From Terriglobia bacterium (GTDB lineage Bacteria; Acidobacteriota; Terriglobia; 20CM-2-55-15): a stretch of DNA of 64,000 bases. The stretch lies in the NCBI GenBank assembly GCA_965198225.1, contig CBDAOY010000004.1, forward strand, positions 416,001-480,000, read 5' to 3'. The position numbers and the translations under genes are program-made. The notes beneath the pieces are model-generated. The model saw nothing but the letters and a program-made list of their open reading frames with translations. It made no database searches and had not been told where the DNA came from. This document shows, one piece after another, positions 56,328-64,000 of this stretch (positions are counted from its first letter, which is position 1; each line of letters starts with the position of its first letter).

Positions 56328-58958
56328 TCACTCCCCGCGCAGGACCCGCACCGGATCGATTCGCGACGCGCGCCGGGCAGGGTAGGCCGCCGCCAGAAAT
56401 GCGACCGCCACCAGACCAAGCGCTCCTCCGACGAGCGTGGCGGGATCGGTTGCGCTGACCTCATACACAAGGGACGAGAGATAACCGCCCAGCCAGAACG
56501 CTCCGACGAGCCCGAGGGCGACGCCACCCAGAACCGGGCGGAATCCCTGCATCATGACCAGGCGCCAAACCCGCGCTTCTGGCGCTCCGAGGGCCTTCCG
56601 GATGCCGATCTCGTGGAGTCGCTGGCTGACGGTATAGGCCAGGACTCCGTAGATCCCCGTCGCTGCCAGGAAGAGAGCGATCACCGAGAAAGTACCCATC
56701 AGGACCATGGCAAAGCGCCGGCTCGCAATACCCAGTGCGGCGACGTCTTCCATCGTGCGGACGCTGTGCACGACAAGAGTAGGATCGATCGCCGCCAGTT
56801 CCCGCCGCAGGCCGGAAAGCACGCCGCCGGCAGGAAGCTCCGTCCGCACCACCTGGTTCATCGTCCAGTTGCGGTTGTCGGCGAACTGGCTGTGTGAAAC
56901 GTAGACCGTTCGCGCCGCCGGCTCCATGTAGTTCTGCCGCGTGTCCCCGACGATTCCCACGACCCTCCGCGGCGGCTGCATGCCGCCGAGCATGACAGCT
57001 TGTCCCAGTGCATCCCCGGCCGGGAAGTAAGTTTCGCTGAAGGCCCGGCTGACAACGACGACGGGTTCTGAACCCTCACGGTCCCCCTCGTCGAGCAGGC
57101 GCCCTTCCAGCAGCGCCACATCGAGGGCTTTGAAGTAGTTTCCGTCGACACACCGAATGTTGGCGTTGCCCCATCCATCTTCGTCCTCGGTCACTTCGAG
57201 TCCCAGCAGTCGAACGCCCCAGATGTAGGCCTCGCCGGTCGCGGGAAGCACCGAAATCCCGCCCGCTGCCTCCACCCCGGGAAGGGACTCCACGCGTTCG
57301 TACAACTCGTTGTATAAAGCCGCTCGCCGATCCGGCTCCCCATAGCGTCCGTCAGGCAGGTTGACGACGTAGGTCAGGACGTCGTCTGTTCGGAAACCGA
57401 GCGGCACGTTTGCAAGCTGGGAGAAGCTTCGGATCAGGAGGCCGGCCCCAATCACTAGGATCATGGCCATCGACACCTGCGAAAGGACGAACAGCGACCG
57501 GAACCGCTGCTGTCGGATGCCACCGGTGGATCGGGGACTGCCGTCGGCCAGAAAACCGTTCAGGTTCGGGCGGGACACGTTGATGGCCGGGATGAGGCCG
57601 AAGACCAGCGCGGTGAGGAGTGACAACCCGCTCGCGAAGGCCAGGATATTCCGATCGAAGACGATGGAGTCGCTGAGCGGCAGGAAGTCGGGCCCCAGGT
57701 TGAGTAGCACCCGAACTGCGCCCAGGGCGATTGTGACTCCTCCGACGCCGGAGGCCGCCGCAAGAAGAAGGTTTTCGGTCAGCAGCTGCCGCACCAGCCG
57801 GCCCCGACCCGAACCGAGTGCCGTCCGTATCGCCAGCTCTCTTTCGCGGTTGGTCCCGCGTGCGAGGAACATGTTGGCAACGTTCGCACAGCCTATCAGG
57901 AGAACGAGGCCGACCGCTCCGAGCAGGATGTAGAGCATCGCTCGAATGCTGCCGACCAGGTCGTCGTGAAGAGCGACGAGCATACCGGTGCGACCCTGGT
58001 TGACCTCGTGCTGTTCGGCCAGTCGGGCCATCAGCCCGTCGAGCTCCCTCTGGCCTCCGATCAGGCTGGTTTCGGGCCGGAGTCGCCCGACCGCGCTGAG
58101 ATAGTGGTTGTCCCGGTGGTTCCGGCCGCCCGGCGTGAGATCCAGGGGTATCCACAAGTCGGGATGGACCCCGGTCGGTCCTCGCACTCCGCGGGGCATC
58201 ACGCCGACGACGGTGAACGGATTCCCGTCCAGTACGAGCTGTCCGCCCAGCAGCCCGGGGTCACCGCCAAAGCGCTGGCTCGAGAGTCCGTAGCTCAATA
58301 TCGCCAGCGGGGCGCCCGTTTCTTCCCTCAACTCGAATGTCCGACCGAGCATCGGCTCGACTCCCAGAACCTCGAAGAAGTTCGAACTGATCGCCAGAGA
58401 CGTGATCCGCTGAGGCAGGCCGTCTCCGCTCAGGTCAAAGCCAGTGGGCTGATAGTCATAGAGTGATGCGAGACCCTCGAAGATTCCCGAGTCCCGGATA
58501 TCGACGAAGTCGGGTGCGGTGAGGTTGCCGCCCCCGTCGATGGTTCCGTTCATCGTGCCGTAGAGGCGAAACAGCTGTTCGGGCGCTTCGAAAGGAAGTG
58601 GTCGGAGTAGAACGCCGTTCACGACACTGAAGATTGCGGTATTGGCGCCGATACCGAGGGCGAGAGTCAGAATGACGACTATCGTGAACACCTTCGCCTG
58701 CCACAGCGTTCGGATCGCGTACCTTGCGTCACGGCCGAGGATGAACACATGCTCCGACAGCGCCGTCGAGAACACGCCTTGGATGGTCCTCGACCACAGC
58801 CGGATCGGAGCGAGGCCGGACTCCTGATCGGCCTCGCTCCGCTGCTCCCGGAACACCTGTTCCATGTCCCGTCCGTAATCGTGGCGAAAATCGAACGGGA
58901 ACAGTTTCAGCAGGAATCGAAATATCCGCTCGGCGCCGCCTCGTTTCGTGTCGGGCAT
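56328..58958 (-). CDS. ADOP-type ABC transporter permease
   Basis: LFPFDFRHDYGRDM, LTLALGIGANTAIFSVVNGVLLRPLP, EIGIRKALGA. Confidence 0.92.
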   Translation of the reverse strand: MPDTKRGGAERIFRFLLKLFPFDFRHDYGRDMEQVFREQRSEADQESGLAPIRLWSRTIQGVFSTALSEHVFILGRDARYAIRTLWQAKVFTIVVILTLALGIGANTAIFSVVNGVLLRPLPFEAPEQLFRLYGTMNGTIDGGGNLTAPDFVDIRDSGIFEGLASLYDYQPTGFDLSGDGLPQRITSLAISSNFFEVLGVEPMLGRTFELREETGAPLAILSYGLSSQRFGGDPGLLGGQLVLDGNPFTVVGVMPRGVRGPTGVHPDLWIPLDLTPGGRNHRDNHYLSAVGRLRPETSLIGGQRELDGLMARLAEQHEVNQGRTGMLVALHDDLVGSIRAMLYILLGAVGLVLLIGCANVANMFLARGTNRERELAIRTALGSGRGRLVRQLLTENLLLAAASGVGGVTIALGAVRVLLNLGPDFLPLSDSIVFDRNILAFASGLSLLTALVFGLIPAINVSRPNLNGFLADGSPRSTGGIRQQRFRSLFVLSQVSMAMILVIGAGLLIRSFSQLANVPLGFRTDDVLTYVVNLPDGRYGEPDRRAALYNELYERVESLPGVEAAGGISVLPATGEAYIWGVRLLGLEVTEDEDGWGNANIRCVDGNYFKALDVALLEGRLLDEGDREGSEPVVVVSRAFSETYFPAGDALGQAVMLGGMQPPRRVVGIVGDTRQNYMEPAARTVYVSHSQFADNRNWTMNQVVRTELPAGGVLSGLRRELAAIDPTLVVHSVRTMEDVAALGIASRRFAMVLMGTFSVIALFLAATGIYGVLAYTVSQRLHEIGIRKALGAPEARVWRLVMMQGFRPVLGGVALGLVGAFWLGGYLSSLVYEVSATDPATLVGGALGLVAVAFLAAAYPARRASRIDPVRVLRGE

Positions 58959-58990
58959 CGGAGTCTCCTCGTCTTCTATACATCGGTCCG

Positions 58991-59365
58991 CTACGCCGGT
59001 TTCGTTCCCGGCAGCAGATTCTTCGCGCGAACCATCCGAAGGACCCCTTCCATGCGTTCGGCTTCGGCCGCGACGGCCCGGCGGCCAAGGTCGGTCAAAC
59101 GGTAGTAGCGACGCCGCTCGTCGTCCAGTTCGGGATCGGGCCTTTCATCGGATTCCTGGATCATTCCGTCCGCGTAGAGTCGCCGGATGACTCCGTACAA
59201 GGTCCCAGCGCTCATTTCGACGCGCCCGTCGGTGCGTCTCTTGATTTCCTTCAGGATCGCGTAACCGTGACGCTCCCGGTCTGCCAGCGCGATCAGGACG
59301 TGGAGCATGGCCGGGGAAAGAGGCAAACGCAGTGCCGGTCCGGCTGAATTCTTTCGACGTGCCAA
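58991..59365 (-). CDS. PadR-family transcriptional regulator
   Basis: PLSPAMLHVLIAL..HGYAILKEI..GTLYGVIRRL..DERRRYYRLT; likely TTG start after GGAGG. Confidence 0.9.
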   Translation of the reverse strand: MARRKNSAGPALRLPLSPAMLHVLIALADRERHGYAILKEIKRRTDGRVEMSAGTLYGVIRRLYADGMIQESDERPDPELDDERRRYYRLTDLGRRAVAAEAERMEGVLRMVRAKNLLPGTKPA

Positions 59366-59421
59366 GTGCACCTCCAGAGACATTCACTGTTACAGGTCAC
59401 TAGTACTATTACAAGACGTAT

Positions 59422-59450
59422 ACTATATCGTTATACATAATAGTTGTCAA
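59422..59450 (-). promoter_or_regulatory. Sigma70-type promoter of padR with overlapping imperfect palindrome
   Basis: Minus strand TTGACA-N17-TATAGT; ACTAT...ATAGT symmetry. Confidence 0.7.
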
Positions 59451-59534
59451 CTTGACGTATGAGTGCCCGTCGTACCTGCTCGATCGATCCATCTTTTTAT
59501 GATCCCAGACTGCAACTGGCGTTATTGTCCTTCC

Positions 59535-59993
59535 ATGGGCGTCAACGTCTTCATAGAAACGATGATCGCGTGTGACCGCCAACGGGTCGCCGCGTTCGCA
59601 ACCGACCCGGCGAACGACCGGGACTGGATCGGTGGGGTCGTCGAGGCAAGGAAGCTGACCGAGGGTCCCGTCGCTATCGGGACCAGGGTTGCCCGGGTTG
59701 CCAACTTCCTCGGCCGCCGTTTCAGCTACACCCTCGAGGTGATCGACATGGAACCGGATCAGAAAGTCGTGATGACGACCAGCACGCCGTTTCCGATGAT
59801 GGTTGTCTATGAGTTCGAGGGCGCGGGTCGGAACACCCTGATGCGGATCCGTGTCAGTGGCGACCCCACGGGTTTCTTCAGACTGGGCGGTCCTTTCTTA
59901 CCTCGGATGGTGCGCGGGAATGTGATGAAAGACCTTGGGCGCCTGAAGCAACGCCTGGAGAGAGGTCAGGTCAGTTCCCTGGACGCCAGCTGA
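59535..59993 (+). CDS. SRPBCC / polyketide cyclase family protein
   Basis: AFATDPANDRDWIGGV, GTRVARVANFLGR, DLGRLKQRLE. Confidence 0.8.
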   Translation: MGVNVFIETMIACDRQRVAAFATDPANDRDWIGGVVEARKLTEGPVAIGTRVARVANFLGRRFSYTLEVIDMEPDQKVVMTTSTPFPMMVVYEFEGAGRNTLMRIRVSGDPTGFFRLGGPFLPRMVRGNVMKDLGRLKQRLERGQVSSLDAS

Positions 59994-60738
59994 CGGCCAG
60001 GCCGACTGTCCGTGTGCCTGGCGAGACGAGAGGCATCCAGGCGAGCCTGCGCGATCGTCGCTCCTGCCCCCGCGTGACTGTCCGTCCGACGATATAGCCG
60101 ATTGTCGCGCCGGCGACGACGTCGCTCAGGTGGTGTTTGCTCGCATCCATTCGCGTTGCGGCGACGAAACCTGCCGCGGCGTAACCTACCATGGCCCCGG
60201 CGGGCCCGTAGTGATGACCGAATACAGTGGCCGCCGTGAATGCCGTCGAAGTGTGGCCGGATGGAAAGGACAGATCGTTCTCGCCGTTGGGGCGGGTCCG
60301 CCCGATCGCATGTTTCAGGCCGAAAGTCATCAGGCCGTTCAACGCCTGCGCCTGAGCGAGGTCGTAGCTGAACCTGGCGAATCGGGCGTCGCCACTGAAT
60401 TGGCTGATCGCCAGAAGGCCACCCACGGCGGTGAACACGATCGGCTGATGGCCCGCATGCTCCCCCACCTGCTCGAAACGTCCCAGCCGTTCCCCGCCGG
60501 CAAAAAAATTATCCACTGAATCGTCGGCCGTGTACGCCGCAGCCGTGAGGCTTGTGCCGATTAACAGCGGGTACAGGTTGTCGCGCGAGAAAAGGCCGAT
60601 CGAGTTTTGGGCCAGATCTTTCGGAAAGTCCCGGAGTTGGGGACGGGCGGAAACGAATGCCTGCCCGGTCAGATCCGTGGTTCCGGTGAGGATCAGCAGG
60701 AACGAGAGCAGCAAAGCTGGCAGAAAACCCTGGCGCAT
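59971..60738 (-). CDS. PAP2-family phosphatase
   Basis: KHAIGRTRP, SFPSGH, TRMDASKHHLSDV. Confidence 0.9.
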   Translation of the reverse strand: MRQGFLPALLLSFLLILTGTTDLTGQAFVSARPQLRDFPKDLAQNSIGLFSRDNLYPLLIGTSLTAAAYTADDSVDNFFAGGERLGRFEQVGEHAGHQPIVFTAVGGLLAISQFSGDARFARFSYDLAQAQALNGLMTFGLKHAIGRTRPNGENDLSFPSGHTSTAFTAATVFGHHYGPAGAMVGYAAAGFVAATRMDASKHHLSDVVAGATIGYIVGRTVTRGQERRSRRLAWMPLVSPGTRTVGLAVSWRPGN

Positions 60739-60824
60739 CGCGTTTGGTTGGGAGACCTCTCAGGCGCCACCGTATCACCGCGACCGCGGGATTCACACAA
60801 AAACCAGCAATCCATCCGCCTGTT

Positions 60825-62117
60825 TCAACGAACCTCGAGTTCGCCGGATCCGCGGCCGATTCCCTTCTTGAGGAAGAGGTAGAGTGCGAACGACACGAGG
60901 ATCGCGTCGCAGGAAGGGATGGCGGTCATCGTGAAGGCTTCGTTGGCAGTTGCCTGGGCGACGGCCGAAGCGCCAAGCCACGCGATGAACGCCGGGTACG
61001 CGATTGGCGGTTCGCGTTGGAGAGTCGCGGTGTCGTATTTCTGCGCGCGCACGAAGAAGAAGTCGGCGACATAGATGCCGGCGATCGGCGGGATTGCGAT
61101 TCCCAGAAAGAGCAGGAACGAGACAAAGTGTTCCAGAATCCCGATTCCCGCGAATACGGTCCCGATCACACCGGCGCCGATGGTCAGTTTCCATCGATCG
61201 ATTCTCGTGAAGACGGTCGCCAAAAGGAGGGACGTGGAGTAGAGGTTCGTGATGTTCGTCGTCCACGTTGCGAAAATGAGGACGAGCATGGCCGACACGC
61301 CCATCCCGAGGCCCATCATGATCAGCATGAAATCGCTCTCACCCGTCGCCAGGGCTGGAATAGCTGAAGTGATCAGAACCAGCGGATATCCGACGGCGAA
61401 GCTGAGTAAGGCCGCGACGATCCCGTGCCGGCTGTCGCGGGCGTAGCGGCACAGGTCGGGCAAGAGCGTGAGGCCGACCATGAACGCGCCTACGACGGCC
61501 GAGATTGCGATGCCCATCGTCATCCCGGTGCCCTCAATGGAGAGGAAATCGTCCAGGTCCGTGCCGCGTGCCGCGTAGAAGACGATCGCTATCAGAGCAA
61601 CCAGCAGAACCGGAACCGAAACCACGGCCAACCGGTCCAGGGCTTTGAAGCCGTAGACCGTCGTTGCGATCACCAGGACGCTGCCGAATGCGACAGGAAC
61701 CTGTAGTCCGTGGTCGATGGTGAACAGGTCGCGCACCGAGCTCTGCACGGCCTGTCCGAAAAGGAAACCGTTCACGCCAAACCACCCCAACAGTGTGATG
61801 CCGATGACCAGGCTGACCGCCTTGGCGCCCGTCCGTCCGAATGGGAACTGGATGATGACGTAGGTTGAGAGACGGGAGCGCGCGCCGACTACCGCGATCA
61901 AGGACCCGAAGCCGGCCAGGATCAACCCTCCGGCTCCGATTGCGACGGCTCCGCGGACGAGTCCCATGGCCTGGCTGATCTGTGCGCTGGTCAGGAACGC
62001 CGGCAGGGTGATCATGATGCCGACGACGATCAGCGCGATCCGCAAACCCGTGACGGTTCTCTCCTCGGGAACCTGTTGTCTTGAGAAGTCTTCCAGGGAG
62101 TTGTCAGCCATTCTCAT
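60825..62117 (-). CDS. NCS1 / cytosine permease family transporter
   Basis: About 12 TM segments; PDLCRYAR, WTTNITNLYS, IPPIAGIYVADFF. Confidence 0.88.
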   Translation of the reverse strand: MRMADNSLEDFSRQQVPEERTVTGLRIALIVVGIMITLPAFLTSAQISQAMGLVRGAVAIGAGGLILAGFGSLIAVVGARSRLSTYVIIQFPFGRTGAKAVSLVIGITLLGWFGVNGFLFGQAVQSSVRDLFTIDHGLQVPVAFGSVLVIATTVYGFKALDRLAVVSVPVLLVALIAIVFYAARGTDLDDFLSIEGTGMTMGIAISAVVGAFMVGLTLLPDLCRYARDSRHGIVAALLSFAVGYPLVLITSAIPALATGESDFMLIMMGLGMGVSAMLVLIFATWTTNITNLYSTSLLLATVFTRIDRWKLTIGAGVIGTVFAGIGILEHFVSFLLFLGIAIPPIAGIYVADFFFVRAQKYDTATLQREPPIAYPAFIAWLGASAVAQATANEAFTMTAIPSCDAILVSFALYLFLKKGIGRGSGELEVR

Positions 62118-62221
62118 GTAATAACCGAAATCGAAGATCAGGGACAGAGGAGTCTGCCCGAATCGTGCAGTATAATCGGCGCTCTCCGGCGGGAACGATT
62201 CTTATACCTGGAAGGCAAAAG

Positions 62222-63340
62222 GTGGCATCGAGGGTTCGAGTAGCGGTACTGGGGGCGGGGAATTGGGCCAGGTTCGCCCACCTTCCGGGCTACAAGCGCG
62301 ACTCCAGATGCGAAGTCGTTGCCATATGTGATCCCCAGTTGGATCTCGCCCGGGATCTCGCCCAACGATTCGAGATTCCAGACGTCACCCCCGACTACCA
62401 CGAACTCCTCGGCCGCGACGACGTCGATCTCGTCGACGTCTGTACGCCGAGCGAGACCCACTTCGAGCTGTCCTGGGCGGCGCTCGGGGCCGGGAAGCAC
62501 GTCCTGTGCGAGAAGCCGGTCGCCTTTGACTTCAGAGACACGCTGCGCGCGCGTGATCTCGCCCGATCCTCGGGTCTCCAGACCAAGCTGGGGTTTACTT
62601 TCCGATACAGTCCCGCCATGCAGTATATGAAGGAACTGATCGACCAGGGATGGGTCGGTGAACCCTATATCTTCAACGGCTACGAGCAGAACTCGCAGTG
62701 GATCAACCCGGAAACGCCCCTGCGTCAGATACCCGATCCGGATGGCGATCAGTCCGTTTTGCAGGTCTCCTCACTCGAAGGTTACGGCGCCCCGATCATC
62801 GACCTGGGTCACTGGTTCATGGATTCCGACTTGAAGAGCGTCGTCGGTACGATGCGCAACTTTGTCCCCGAACGGATCGTTCGCGGCCGCGAAGGGTTGA
62901 TGCGCATCAACATCGATGACGGCGACGTGTTCATCGGTGAGTTCGCAAACGGGGCGATCGGGTCGGTCCAGTCCAGCTACGTGACCGTCGGGAACTATCC
63001 GGGCCTGGAAGCGCGGGTTTACGGAAGCCAAGGGGCCTTGATCTGCCGGCTCGTCGAAGAATTCGGTGTCTGCGAGACGCTGAAGGGGGCGAAACCGGAC
63101 GCGGTCGAGTTCACCGACGTCGAAGTTCCCCAACGCCTCTACCCTCCCGGCGGAAGTTCGGGCGAATCGTGGCGGACGCTGTTCTACGCCAACCTGATTT
63201 CGAACTTCATCTCCGAGATCCTAGATGACATCCCGACCCAGGGCGACTTCAACGACGGCGCGTGGGTCCAGGAAGTTATCAACGCAGTCGAACTATCGTT
63301 CCGGGAGCGTCGCTGGGTCGACTTGCCCCTGGATCGCTGA
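62222..63340 (+). CDS. Gfo/Idh/MocA family oxidoreductase
   Basis: VAVLGAG, VDVCTP, GKHVLCEKP. Confidence 0.9.
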   Translation: MASRVRVAVLGAGNWARFAHLPGYKRDSRCEVVAICDPQLDLARDLAQRFEIPDVTPDYHELLGRDDVDLVDVCTPSETHFELSWAALGAGKHVLCEKPVAFDFRDTLRARDLARSSGLQTKLGFTFRYSPAMQYMKELIDQGWVGEPYIFNGYEQNSQWINPETPLRQIPDPDGDQSVLQVSSLEGYGAPIIDLGHWFMDSDLKSVVGTMRNFVPERIVRGREGLMRINIDDGDVFIGEFANGAIGSVQSSYVTVGNYPGLEARVYGSQGALICRLVEEFGVCETLKGAKPDAVEFTDVEVPQRLYPPGGSSGESWRTLFYANLISNFISEILDDIPTQGDFNDGAWVQEVINAVELSFRERRWVDLPLDR

Positions 63341-63348
63341 CGCCCGCC

Positions 63349-64000
63349 ATGACGCAGCCCCTCGACGATTTTTTCGATGCCTACTATCGCCGTTGGCCCG
63401 TCAACGCCTCGTTCATCGGTATCCATGACTACGATGATCGCCTGCCGGACTACAGTGACGCCGGAACCGCGGACGCGCTCGGAGAGCTGGAGTCGTTACG
63501 CGGCCGGATGTCTGGGGCGTCCATTGACGAGGCACTCGCTCGAAACTTCCTGGAAATCCAGATTGCCGAGTACCGGGGCGATCACTTCCATCGTGGCAAC
63601 CCCGCGTTCTACTCGGGGGAGGCCATCTTCGGCGTCCTGAAGTCGAAAGCGCGAATTGCCGCGGTCCGCGGTTTTCTCGACACGGGCAGACGGAATGTGC
63701 GCGAAGCGCCGGTGGCTTGGACGCTGCGGGCGATTCGGGAGTGCGATGGAGCCATTTCGATTCTCGAGAAGATGCCCGCTGCCGGCGACGCCGTGAGTGC
63801 CTTCGGCGACTACCGGGAGCATCTCGAGACGGAGTTGCTGCACCGACCAGTGGAGGGATACGCCTGTGGCCGGGAGTTCTTCGACCTCCTGCTTGCGAAG
63901 GGCCACATGTTCGATCAGACCGGCGACGAGATCCTGAGATTCTCCCAGGAGGAAGTCCAACGACATGCTTCAGCCAAACCGGTGCCCGACGGCGCCGCGA
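63349..64000 (+). CDS. DUF885-like protein (5' part; runs off the window end)
   Basis: Not in the ORF track. Manual translation of the 5' end: MTQPLDDFFDAYYRRWPVNASFIGIHDYDDRLPDYS. Confidence 0.65.
   Translation, partial: MTQPLDDFFDAYYRRWPVNASFIGIHDYDDRLPDYSDAGTADALGELESLRGRMSGASIDEALARNFLEIQIAEYRGDHFHRGNPAFYSGEAIFGVLKSKARIAAVRGFLDTGRRNVREAPVAWTLRAIRECDGAISILEKMPAAGDAVSAFGDYREHLETELLHRPVEGYACGREFFDLLLAKGHMFDQTGDEILRFSQEEVQRHASAKPVPDGAA

Overview
GC-rich bacterial window. Its gene content points to Acidobacteriota by inference: several ADOP-type ABC permeases with PadR regulators, carboxypeptidase-regulatory-domain TonB-dependent receptors, and secreted TPR proteins. It is an accessory region of about 50 genes, including TPR proteins, an M9 collagenase-like peptidase operon, pilin-like genes, a GGDEF pair, surE, tetR-trxA, an IS1182-family element, three tandem TonB-receptor paralogues, an ECF sigma factor, an amidase, a KamA-like radical SAM enzyme, LOG, an M48 peptidase, a hybrid kinase and an NCS1 permease. 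The ORF track misses several things. (1) An exported rhodanese whose catalytic Cys codon is an in-frame UGA followed by a SECIS-like hairpin, a probable selenoprotein. (2) A ~275-bp non-coding, multi-branched palindromic element bounded by CTAG, present as four copies plus two solo ends; its stems co-vary between copies and two copies sit on stop codons. (3) At least three further REP-like or heptamer repeat families, one copy of which is interrupted by the IS. (4) Deletion scars and frameshifts: a sigma54-activator/mddA back-to-back fusion, two collapsed permease remnants and a G8 frameshift in one receptor. No rRNA, tRNA or CRISPR array was seen. All family assignments come from motif recognition by eye, not from database searches.
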